From an uncultured Faecalibacterium sp. (lineage in GTDB: Bacteria; Bacillota; Clostridia; Oscillospirales; Acutalibacteraceae), in the NCBI GenBank assembly GCA_964495955.1, contig CAZBXS010000001.1:1-39952 (forward strand): a DNA stretch of 39,952 bases, in the 5' to 3' direction. The position numbers and the translations under genes were made by a program. The notes beneath the pieces were generated by a model. That model was not told the DNA's origin. It saw nothing but the letters and a program-made list of their open reading frames with translations, and did no database searches. Positions 17,533 to 27,323 of the stretch are shown piece by piece. Position 1 is the first letter of the stretch, and every line of letters starts with the position of its first letter.

Positions 17533-18711
17533 TTAAAATATCATTTCACGAAACCTTTTCATAGCTTCGACGGTCTTTTCATGAGTCGAAAATGCGGTCA
17601 GGCGAAAATAGCCTTTCCCGTTTTCTCCGAATCCGTCACCGGGGGTTATGACTGTATGTGCGGTTTTCAGTACATAGTCGAAAAAGTCCCAACCCGAAAG
17701 TTCTGACGGGCATTTCACCCATATATAAGGCGAATTTTCACCGCCTGTATATTCGGCTTTCATTTCTTTGAGTGTGTCGGTGATTATCTCGGCGTTTTTT
17801 CGGTAATACTCCAAGTTTTCGTTTATTTCACGCTTTCCTTTTTCGGTGTATATCGCCGCCGCACCTTTTTGGGTGATATATGAAACGCCGTTTGTTTTCG
17901 TGCTTTGACGGCGAAACCAAAGGGAATTGAGATGAACGTTTTCCCGTACAAGTTCATTCGGTACGACCGTGTAACCGCAACGAACGCCCGTAAACCCTGC
18001 GGTTTTCGAATAGGAGCAAATTTCGACAGCACATTTTTTTGCTTCTTCGATCTCATATATGCTTTTCGGAAAGTCACCCTGTACAAAGCCTTCATAAGCC
18101 GCATCGAAAATTATCACACTGCCATTTTCGTTGGCGTAGTCGACCCAAAGTTTCAATTGGGATTTGTTATAAACCGCACCGGTGGGATTGTTGGGTGAAC
18201 ATAAATATATTATGTCGTACTTTTCACTCGGCGGTAAAGGCAGAAATGAATTTTCACGTTTTGCGGCGAGATAGGATATTTTTCTGCCGTCCATTGTGCT
18301 TATATCGGCATACGCAGGGTAGACGGGGTCGGTTATCAAAACGGTGTTCTCTTTCGAGAGTATTTCGGGGAATGTACCGAGGTCGTTACCTGCACCGTCG
18401 GAAACGAAAATTTCGTCTACAGTTAAATTTACACCTTTTTCAGCGTAACTTTCGGCTATTTTTTCACGCAGAAACCGATATCCCCTCTCACTGCCGTAGC
18501 CTTTGAAAGTCTCTTTATTACCCATTTCACGAACCGCTTCGCCCATCGCTTTTATAACTTCTTCGGGCAAAGGAAGCGTCACGTCTCCGACGCCCATGTC
18601 TATTATATCGGCGTCGGGATTTTCTAATATAAAGCGTTTTTTTCGCCTTTCGATTTCCGTAAACAAGTACCTTTCTTTTAAATTCAGAAAATCGGAGTTA
18701 ATCTTCGCCAT
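17533..18711 (-). CDS. dapL: LL-diaminopimelate aminotransferase
   Basis: The N-terminus MAKINSDFLNLKERYLFTEI...GVGDVTLPLP...IFVSDGAGND is typical of DapL, and a PLP-Lys region (YSKTAGFTGVR) is present. It is adjacent to dapF. Start trimmed to the ATG at 18711 (GGAGAGG upstream), overlapping the dapF 3' end by 14 nt. Confidence 0.85.
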   Translation of the reverse strand: MAKINSDFLNLKERYLFTEIERRKKRFILENPDADIIDMGVGDVTLPLPEEVIKAMGEAVREMGNKETFKGYGSERGYRFLREKIAESYAEKGVNLTVDEIFVSDGAGNDLGTFPEILSKENTVLITDPVYPAYADISTMDGRKISYLAAKRENSFLPLPPSEKYDIIYLCSPNNPTGAVYNKSQLKLWVDYANENGSVIIFDAAYEGFVQGDFPKSIYEIEEAKKCAVEICSYSKTAGFTGVRCGYTVVPNELVRENVHLNSLWFRRQSTKTNGVSYITQKGAAAIYTEKGKREINENLEYYRKNAEIITDTLKEMKAEYTGGENSPYIWVKCPSELSGWDFFDYVLKTAHTVITPGDGFGENGKGYFRLTAFSTHEKTVEAMKRFREMIF

Positions 18712-19549
18712 TAAAATCGACCTCTCCGTCGAAAACGAACTCGGCACCGCCGGTCAAAATAATACCGCTGTCGATATTTGTCACGTCGAGACAACCGCCG
18801 AGTAATTCGACCGTTATTGTTTCGTTTTTCGGTATACAGCCGAGTTTTTCAAGTGCCGCTACCGAAGCGCACGCCCCTGTTCCGCAAGAGAGCGTTTCAC
18901 CGCTCCCTCTCTCAAAGACACGCATTTTTACCTTTTTGTTTTCAGTCACCTGTACGAATTCGACATTCACGCCTTCGGGAAAAATCTCACTTGAATTTAT
19001 CGCACTGCCGATTTTTTCCACTTCGGTGTTTTTTACATCATCGACCGAAATCACGCAATGAGGGTTGCCCATAGAAAGACAGGTCACTTTGCAAACAGTA
19101 TTATTGACCGAAATTTCGGCGTTTATCATCTCGTTTTTTTCGTACTTGGCAGGTATGTTCTCTACCGAAAAATCGGGCGTACCCATGTTTACGCTCACCG
19201 CCGTCACAAAGGAATTTTCTTTTCTCGGCGTGAGGATTTTAACTCCGCTTTCGGTCTCGATTGCGATTTTTTCACCGGAAAAATTTCGTCTGTCGTACAT
19301 ATATTTCGCAACGCAACGTATCCCGTTTCCGCACATTTTTCCCTCACTGCCGTCTTTATTGAACATTCGCATTTTGCAGTCGGCTTTTTCGGACGGACAA
19401 ATGAATATCACGCCGTCTGCACCGACGCCGAAGTGCCTGTCGGAAAGTTTTACGGCGAGTTTTTCATGTTCTGTAACATTTTGCTCAAAGCAGTCGATGT
19501 AAATGTAGTCGTTTCCGCAGCCTTGCATTTTAGTGAACTTGAGTTTCAT
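18698..19549 (-). CDS. dapF: Diaminopimelate epimerase
   Basis: 283 aa with MQGCGNDY and the two catalytic Cys regions (MCGNGIRC, LSCGTGACA), plus MGNPHCV. Confidence 0.92.
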   Translation of the reverse strand: MKLKFTKMQGCGNDYIYIDCFEQNVTEHEKLAVKLSDRHFGVGADGVIFICPSEKADCKMRMFNKDGSEGKMCGNGIRCVAKYMYDRRNFSGEKIAIETESGVKILTPRKENSFVTAVSVNMGTPDFSVENIPAKYEKNEMINAEISVNNTVCKVTCLSMGNPHCVISVDDVKNTEVEKIGSAINSSEIFPEGVNVEFVQVTENKKVKMRVFERGSGETLSCGTGACASVAALEKLGCIPKNETITVELLGGCLDVTNIDSGIILTGGAEFVFDGEVDFNGED

Positions 19550-19550
19550 A

Positions 19551-21239
<1,689 letters not shown>

Positions 21240-21265
21240 ACCGTTGTTCAAAATTTCCGCAATTT

Positions 21266-21295
21266 ATTCTATCAAATACGCGGGCTGTTTGTCAA
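21266..21295 (-). promoter_or_regulatory. Sigma-A type promoter for pyrG
   Basis: Minus strand: TTGACA, 18 nt, TAGAAT, with TGa directly upstream (extended -10). It lies upstream of the leader terminator. Confidence 0.6.
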
Positions 21296-21331
21296 TAGAT
21301 TTTTTGAAAATCGGGGAAGAATTTGTGAGGA

Positions 21332-21411
21332 GGCGGCGAAGCCGCCGTAGCGTGCGCGGTAGCGAAGCGAGTGCACGCGCGAGACCCGAGGGCTCGATGC
21401 CCTCGGGTCTC
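21332..21411. repeat. GC-rich triple-hairpin intergenic element (copy A)
   Basis: Three consecutive hairpins: ggcggc-gaa-gccgcc; gcgtgcgc-ggtagcgaagcga-gtgcacgc; gagacccgaggg-ctcgatg-ccctcgggtctc. The middle unit recurs at 37579-37606. Confidence 0.7.
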
Positions 21412-21445
21412 GCCACGAACACTTAATTTGTACCAATCGTTCAAA

Positions 21446-22876
21446 TCATTTCGCACTGTACGACGTAAAGCCAAACGCTTTCATCGTAAGTCCCGTTTCC
21501 TTTTTGAGAAGCTTGTTCCACTGTGCGAAAGCGTCCGCCAAAATTTCGTTTGCGCCGGCTTTAGCGTCGGCTTTCTTAATTCCCTCGCGTATAAGCGTGT
21601 ATGACGGCGAGAACTTCTTGCCGGTATATTTTGCAATAGGCAGTTTCGCTTCGGCTGAAAATGCTATCTCTTTTTTGCCGCTGTAGTCAAGACGCGAAAT
21701 CTCGGTTTTCGCATTTTTTGCGCCGGGCTTAAACGACATTGAGCAAGCATCCGCTTTGGTCAAATCATCGTTCATATATAAATACATAAACTCGTACTTG
21801 TTATTTTCGTAGCTGATTATTCCCAAGAGTGTGTCGGTCGAAATAGACAAGCTGTCGTTTTTCTTGAAATACCACTTGAGATAATCTGCCTGCTTCATCA
21901 CCTTCACTTCGCAGGTGTACTTCTTCTTTCCTACCTTCGCCGTGATTGTCGCAGTGCCGGCTTTCTTACCTCTTACAACGCCGTTTGCGTCTACTGTTGC
22001 GATGCTTTTGTCGCTTGTCGACCATGTGATTTTTTTGCTTGTACCGTCGACGTAGAGTGTCTTTTTCGTTCCGACTGCAAGCTTTGTCGATTTGAGATTG
22101 AGCTGTGTGTCACCGGTTTTGACTGTGAGAGTCTTGCTTGTAGCTCCGGTGTAGGTCTTTTTGCCGTCCTTGTAATAGGCTTCAACACGGAATTTATAGG
22201 TTGTGTTCTTCTTAAGACCCGTAACCTTGTAGGTATTATTCGACGTGGTCTTTATCTTTTCCCACTTCTTTGTTTTGTTGTTGTACTTGTAAACTCTGTA
22301 CTTAATATCGGAGCTGAGCTCGACATTCCAAGTCAGTCTCAATGAGGTCGCCAAAACTTCGGATTTTTTAAGTCCTGTAACTTTTTCGGGTAATGTGTGA
22401 ATTGTAACGACCTCGCTGTCGTCACCGAGCACCTTGTTTCTGCCGACATTCTTATAGGCGCAGACAACTATCTCGGTCACCGTCGATGACATAAAATCGG
22501 TTACCGTGACCCAGTTGTCCTCAACATCGTAAAGCTCGATATTGTCGCTCAAAGAGCCGAGATCGTCTTGCGCTTCATCATCGACGTACTCTATAGTGAC
22601 ATCGTTATAGAGAAACACCTTGTAGCCGTCGGCACCCTCGATTTTATCCCATCTGAGCTTGAAGCCGTTTGACTTTTCGTAGACAACCTTTAAGCCTGTT
22701 ATTTTGCCTGTGAACACTCCGCAGACGTCGCAGAGCATATCCGAGTTTGCGTCGGTATGTATACCGTTCGGGCATACATCGATATCAGCCGCACCGACAG
22801 GTACTACAAGCGCCGAAAAAGCGAATATCAGCGCAAATGCAAGGCAGATGATCTTTTGAATTTTCGTTTTGTTCAT
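21446..22876 (-). CDS. Secreted multidomain protein with FN3-like repeats, a Big_2 (bacterial Ig-like) domain and a C-terminal region of unknown function
   Basis: Signal peptide MNKTKIQKIICLAFALIFAFSALVVPVGA. Two FN3-like segments (GLKVVYEKSNGFKLRWDKIEGADGYKV; GLKKSEVLATSLRLTWNV...YRVYKY). Big_2-like segment KKITWSTSDKSIATVDANGVVRGKKAGTATITAKV. Start trimmed to the ATG at 22876 (GGAGG upstream). Confidence 0.7.
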   Translation of the reverse strand: MNKTKIQKIICLAFALIFAFSALVVPVGAADIDVCPNGIHTDANSDMLCDVCGVFTGKITGLKVVYEKSNGFKLRWDKIEGADGYKVFLYNDVTIEYVDDEAQDDLGSLSDNIELYDVEDNWVTVTDFMSSTVTEIVVCAYKNVGRNKVLGDDSEVVTIHTLPEKVTGLKKSEVLATSLRLTWNVELSSDIKYRVYKYNNKTKKWEKIKTTSNNTYKVTGLKKNTTYKFRVEAYYKDGKKTYTGATSKTLTVKTGDTQLNLKSTKLAVGTKKTLYVDGTSKKITWSTSDKSIATVDANGVVRGKKAGTATITAKVGKKKYTCEVKVMKQADYLKWYFKKNDSLSISTDTLLGIISYENNKYEFMYLYMNDDLTKADACSMSFKPGAKNAKTEISRLDYSGKKEIAFSAEAKLPIAKYTGKKFSPSYTLIREGIKKADAKAGANEILADAFAQWNKLLKKETGLTMKAFGFTSYSAK

Positions 22877-22923
22877 TACATTTTCCTCCGTAATAAATAT
22901 TTGCGTTTTTTCTACGCGAGTAT

Positions 22924-22952
22924 ATATTACACAAAACAAAGCATATTGTCAA
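22924..22952 (-). promoter_or_regulatory. Sigma-A type promoter for the FN3/Big_2 gene
   Basis: Minus strand: TTGACA, 17 nt, TAATAT, directly after the upstream gene's terminator. Confidence 0.55.
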
Positions 22953-22956
22953 GGCA

Positions 22957-22986
22957 AGAAAAACCGCGCGTCAAAAAGACGCGCGG
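22957..22986 (-). terminator. Rho-independent terminator after the LCAT-like gene
   Basis: Minus strand: ccgcgcgtc-ttttt-gacgcgcgg followed by TTTTTCTT. It lies 22 nt after the stop at 23008. Confidence 0.8.
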
Positions 22987-23007
22987 ACTATATTTACAGG
23001 ATAAAAA

Positions 23008-24693
23008 TTATTTAGAGAAAAGTCTTTGGAAAAGGCTGAGAAGCCAGTTGATGAGAGAAAGAACGAAGTAGAAAATTCTTTCGTTGCCTGTTGCGTTGTC
23101 TGCCTTGTAGTCAGCCTGCCAATAGTAGCAGTCGCAGTTTGTCTCGTCCATAACGGCAAAGTCATAAGCTGCGGCGGCAACTACGCCCTTGCTGTTGGGT
23201 TTTCTTATAGCGGTGAAATACTGACTATACGGACTGTCATCAACCGTAAGCTGATGATCGGCTACGATTACGTTGTATGTGATCTTGTTCTCGGCGTCTG
23301 TCCAGTCGGAGTGGTTAGCGCCCTTGATGAACCATGTCTGATCGGGGAACATACAAGTTGAAGCGTCGATCTGCTTGTCGGGCGAAATGTACTTACCCTT
23401 GCCCTCGGCTTCTTTTTCTGCGATGTATTCGTCTGAAAGAGTATCGTAGATTGTCGATGTTGTTGCACCGTAGGAAGCAGATGTTACCGTCGAGAACTGG
23501 TCACCGATGATGTTCATTGACTTAACAACGGGAACAAGCTGTACGCCGTACTTAGCGATAATGCAAAGGTTGCCGTTATCGTTAATATAGTTCATAATGT
23601 CGGGGATATTCTTACGGACAGTCTTGTCGTAGTTGTCGATCTTTTCGATAAGACCTGCGTACTGCTGACGCTTTTCGCTGCCTTCGGGGCCGAAAACGTA
23701 GTTCTTAGCTGTCTCGAAGTCTTCTGACTTAACAGCTGCCCAATATGACGGGAATGTGAAGAATGTCGAAAGAGCAAGTGCGCTCGTCATACCTTCAACA
23801 ACAGTGTAGTAAATCTGTTCTTTTGTAACATTGACCATTGTGTCAAATACGCCCGCCTTTGAGAGCATATCTATAGTCTCGCTGTAGAACTCGTCAAACG
23901 AGAACAGGCAAAGTGCATCACAGTCTATAAGGAAACGGTTAACAGCGTCGCCGTCGAATGTGAACTTTCCGCTGATAGCTTCACTGATAAGCTCGGAACC
24001 GTTAGCAACACCGCCGTCGAATGCGACGCCTCTGATGCCTTCCATGCCGTACTCCTCAATGTATGCGGTAACGACAGATGTACCTAAGCAACGACAAACG
24101 ATTGATACTTCCGTAGCACCTGTAGCTTCTTTAACATCGGCGATATAAGCGTGAAGTTCTTTTGCCGTGTAAATCGGGTCAAGTCTCCAGTCGTACCAGA
24201 AAATGTAGTTGTTAAGACCGAATGAATTTCTTCCGCCGTTTGAGTAGTCTGTGTGGCGTGCTTTTGCCATAATAGCCTGCTTTTCGGGATTGACCTGTGA
24301 ACCGTTGGTAACTTCGCCGTTGTCATCAAGAAGAAGTCCGCCGAAGAGCTCGCCTATTTCTTTCTGTAAAGCGTCATAGTACGGCTGATAGTTGCCTGTA
24401 CCGAGACCTTGGATAAGGAAAGGCATAACGCAGTTGAGGACGGATTCCATAACGGTGCTTTCTTCGTCGCCTTCTCCGCTTAAGCCTTCAAGGAGCTTTC
24501 TGTATTCAAGGAGCTTGTTGCCGTCTTTGTCGTGAATGGACTCACCGTCACCGAAGATGGAAATAATCGGTACAGTTGTGTTTCTCGTCTCGTTCCATAC
24601 CGGCTGAGAACCGGCGAACGCCGTTGTCGCAAACGGAACGATCATCAAAACCGCCATGAAAACAGCCAATACTTTTTTCGCAGTGTGTTTCAT
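23008..24693 (-). CDS. Secreted LCAT/PGAP1-like alpha-beta hydrolase-fold protein with Cys in the nucleophile-elbow position
   Basis: Signal peptide MKHTAKKVLAVFMAVLMIVPFATTAFA. It has an FWYDWRLDP motif (the YDWR box of the LCAT-type lipase/acyltransferase family), followed about 25 aa later by VSIVCRCLGTSV where GHSxG is expected. The C-terminal segment IFYFVLSLINWLLSLF is hydrophobic. Start trimmed to the ATG at 24693 (GGAGG upstream). Confidence 0.6.
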   Translation of the reverse strand: MKHTAKKVLAVFMAVLMIVPFATTAFAGSQPVWNETRNTTVPIISIFGDGESIHDKDGNKLLEYRKLLEGLSGEGDEESTVMESVLNCVMPFLIQGLGTGNYQPYYDALQKEIGELFGGLLLDDNGEVTNGSQVNPEKQAIMAKARHTDYSNGGRNSFGLNNYIFWYDWRLDPIYTAKELHAYIADVKEATGATEVSIVCRCLGTSVVTAYIEEYGMEGIRGVAFDGGVANGSELISEAISGKFTFDGDAVNRFLIDCDALCLFSFDEFYSETIDMLSKAGVFDTMVNVTKEQIYYTVVEGMTSALALSTFFTFPSYWAAVKSEDFETAKNYVFGPEGSEKRQQYAGLIEKIDNYDKTVRKNIPDIMNYINDNGNLCIIAKYGVQLVPVVKSMNIIGDQFSTVTSASYGATTSTIYDTLSDEYIAEKEAEGKGKYISPDKQIDASTCMFPDQTWFIKGANHSDWTDAENKITYNVIVADHQLTVDDSPYSQYFTAIRKPNSKGVVAAAAYDFAVMDETNCDCYYWQADYKADNATGNERIFYFVLSLINWLLSLFQRLFSK

Positions 24694-24744
24694 AATTTTT
24701 CCTCCATATAGGCACAAATTGCCAATTAAATTTTTACGGATACA

Positions 24745-24773
24745 ATTATAGCATTCGTTTTTTTATTCGTCAA
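24745..24773 (-). promoter_or_regulatory. Sigma-A type promoter for the LCAT-like gene
   Basis: Minus strand: TTGACG, 17 nt, TATAAT. About 50 nt upstream of the ATG at 24693. Confidence 0.6.
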
Positions 24774-25103
24774 TGATTATTTAAAATAATTATAAAATAT
24801 TTTTGAAATTTTTTCGACTTTATTTTTACTTTGTGTAGAAAATCAAACGCTATTGACACAAATTTGCCTTATTTTTGCTCTCTATGTAATTAAAACGTAC
24901 AACTTCATTTGATGTACAGTCTCGCCTGTACAAAAGAAAAAGTGAAAAGGCAAAATAATTAAACAAAAACGGTACGTTTGAACGAAAATTATTTCATAAA
25001 ATTATATAGAACACCGCACATTTTCGGTTTATCCTTGGTTTTGTGGGAATTTACACGGAATTTCAAAAAGTACTCGACATCTCACACTGCTACACCCCAA
25101 TAT

Positions 25104-25142
25104 TAAAAAACGACTGCACAACCGTTAGATTGCACAGTCGTT
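25104..25142 (-). terminator. Rho-independent terminator after rnfB (end of the rnf operon)
   Basis: Minus strand: aacgactgtgcaa-loop-ttgtgcagtcgtt (imperfect stem) followed by TTTTTTAATATT. It lies 20 nt after the rnfB stop. An A-run on the other side makes it potentially bidirectional. Confidence 0.7.
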
Positions 25143-25161
25143 TTATATTCACGTTTTATAT

Positions 25162-25971
25162 TCACGCTTTAGCTAATTCTATTATGTTTATCGCACTGAC
25201 GGGGCAGGCTTCGCTACACTTACCGCAACCTGTGCATTTTTCGTAGTCAACGTGAGCGACATTGTTCGTTACCGTAACGGCACCGCTTTCACAGACTTTC
25301 GTGCACTTCATACAGCCGATACAGCCGACTTTGCACTGCTTGCGTGTCTTTGCGCCCTTGTCTCTGTTTTTACAGAATACTCCTGCCTGTGCGGTTTCGA
25401 CGGGAAGAAGTTCGATAAGATTTTTCGGACAGGTGTTTATACACATTTTGCAAGCCTTGCACAAATTCGGGTTAATTCTCGCAATACCGTCGCAAATGAA
25501 TATCGCACCGTAGGGACATTTTTTAACGCAGTCGCCGAAGCCCAGACAGCCGTATACGCAATCCTTTGGGCCGCCGAAAAGCTGAGAAGCCATTTTACAG
25601 CTGTCAACTCCGACGTAGTTAAGCTTCGTTCCGACATTGCTTCTGTTACCCTGACAAAGTACAACCGCAACCTTCGGCTTTATTTCGCCGGCTTCGACGC
25701 CGAGAACGGAGGCTATCGCTTTTGCCGCATCGTTTCCGCCCGGAGCACAAAGTCCTGTATCTTTCGTATCGCCCTGTGACAAAGCCGCAGCGTATCCGTC
25801 GCAACCGCTGAAACCGCAGGCACCGCAGTTGGCACCGGGGAGACATTCTCTTATTGCCGTCGCTTTTTCATCAACGGGGACAGCCATAACAATTGATGCT
25901 ATCGCAAGTCCGAGACCTGCTATAAGTCCGATAACGGAGACTATGATGACCGCCGTAATTATACTGTTCAT
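25162..25971 (-). CDS. rnfB: Rnf complex subunit B (polyferredoxin)
   Basis: N-terminal TM helix, CGACGFSGC, then several CxxCxxCxxxCP ferredoxin motifs. Start trimmed to the ATG at 25971 (AGGAGG upstream). Confidence 0.9.
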   Translation of the reverse strand: MNSIITAVIIVSVIGLIAGLGLAIASIVMAVPVDEKATAIRECLPGANCGACGFSGCDGYAAALSQGDTKDTGLCAPGGNDAAKAIASVLGVEAGEIKPKVAVVLCQGNRSNVGTKLNYVGVDSCKMASQLFGGPKDCVYGCLGFGDCVKKCPYGAIFICDGIARINPNLCKACKMCINTCPKNLIELLPVETAQAGVFCKNRDKGAKTRKQCKVGCIGCMKCTKVCESGAVTVTNNVAHVDYEKCTGCGKCSEACPVSAINIIELAKA

Positions 25972-25984
25972 CTCAAGTCCTCCT

Positions 25985-26578
25985 TTATGCGAATATCGAC
26001 TCGACAACACCTGTAAAGCCGAGGAACGATACTGATGTAAGCGATGCGGCTATGAGGGTTATCGGAAGTCCCTGTAAGGACTTCGGTATATCACAGCTTT
26101 CAAGTCTCTCTCTGACGCCTGCGAACATTATCATCGCAAGCATAAAGCCGACACCGCCGCCCAGTGAGTTTACCATTGACTCGGCGAAGTTGTAGCCGTT
26201 GTCGATATTGAGAAGTACAACGCCCAAAACAGCGCAGTTTGTTGTTATAAGCGGAAGATAAATTCCGAGTGCGTTATAAAGCGATTTCATGTACTTTTTA
26301 AGTACGATCTCAACTAACTGTACCAACGCCGCAATGACCAAGATAAAGACTATCGTCTGAAGATATTCGAGGTCGTTTTTGACTAAAAGGTACTTGTTTA
26401 TGGGGTACGTGACGGCAGTCGCAAGCACCATAACGAAGATGACCGCAAGGGACATTCCCGTTGCTGTTTTAAGTTTTTTCGAAACGCCCAAGAACGGACA
26501 GATACCCAAGAATTTCGCCAAAACGAAGTTGTTGGTAAGTATCGCCGTCATGAGAATGGAAAATAATCCTTTAGCCAT
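25985..26578 (-). CDS. rnfA: Rnf complex subunit A
   Basis: 197-aa polytopic protein. Its N-terminus (LTNNFVLAKFLGICPFLGVS) is typical of RnfA/NqrE. Confidence 0.9.
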   Translation of the reverse strand: MAKGLFSILMTAILTNNFVLAKFLGICPFLGVSKKLKTATGMSLAVIFVMVLATAVTYPINKYLLVKNDLEYLQTIVFILVIAALVQLVEIVLKKYMKSLYNALGIYLPLITTNCAVLGVVLLNIDNGYNFAESMVNSLGGGVGFMLAMIMFAGVRERLESCDIPKSLQGLPITLIAASLTSVSFLGFTGVVESIFA

Positions 26579-27323
26579 TGTTTACGCCCTCCTTTTCGCA
26601 GTTACCTGCCATTGAACAGGTCTTTGCCATCGGGCAAGCCTCACAGCCTCGAAGTTCGGCTTTCGGCTTACCTTTTCTTTCGGCAAGTTTGTTGGAAAGA
26701 GCTATCATAATTCCGAACACGAAGAAACCGCCGGGAGCGAGAACGAATATTATCATCGGATTTTCGTTGATAAACGGTACTTTAAAGCCGTTGAATTCGA
26801 AGTCACCGAAGACGGCAAGAAGATCTTTAATTCCTGCCATGAATGTTCCCGAACCGAGAATTTCTCTGACTGTACTCATCAAAAACAGCGCCGCCGTAAA
26901 TCCGCAACCCATTCCCAAACCGTCCATAGCCGACGCCAGTACGGGATTTTTCGAAGCGAAAGCCTCGGCTCTGCCGAGAATAATGCAGTTGACGACGATA
27001 AGCGGAAGATATACGCCCAAAGCCGTATCAAGTGCAGGGACGAACGCTTTTACGACAAGCTGTATCATCGTAACGAACGAAGCGATTATAACTATGTATG
27101 CGGGTATTCTGACCTTTGAAGGAATGACCTTTCGAAGTGCGGATATTGCGACGTTAGAACAGATAAGAACTATCGTAGCCGCAACGCCCATGCCTATAGC
27201 GCTTGATACCGAGGTTGAAACGGCAAGGGTCGGACAGGTTCCGAGTACCAATCTCAAAACCGGATTTTCCGCAATCAAACCTTTAGTAAATTCTTTGCCT
27301 ACATTTTGTTTCTTTTCAGCCAT
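26571..27323 (-). CDS. rnfE: Rnf complex subunit E, with a Cys-rich C-terminal tail
   Basis: ENPVLRLVLGTCPTLAVS is typical of RnfE/NqrD. The start ATG at 27323 overlaps the rnfG stop (ATGA). The C-terminus CEACPMAKTCSMAGNC extends beyond the last TM helix. Confidence 0.88.
   Translation of the reverse strand: MAEKKQNVGKEFTKGLIAENPVLRLVLGTCPTLAVSTSVSSAIGMGVAATIVLICSNVAISALRKVIPSKVRIPAYIVIIASFVTMIQLVVKAFVPALDTALGVYLPLIVVNCIILGRAEAFASKNPVLASAMDGLGMGCGFTAALFLMSTVREILGSGTFMAGIKDLLAVFGDFEFNGFKVPFINENPMIIFVLAPGGFFVFGIMIALSNKLAERKGKPKAELRGCEACPMAKTCSMAGNCEKEGVNNG

Noticed and set aside
24853-24890. TTGACA on the plus strand inside the AT-rich gap, a possible promoter for an unannotated plus-strand transcript. 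Tiny ORFs of 10-16 codons also occur in 24718-25161.
   Set aside because: No acceptable -10 lies at 16-19 bp (TATGTA is 24 nt away). The mini-ORFs have no RBS, or one badly spaced, and no downstream terminator.
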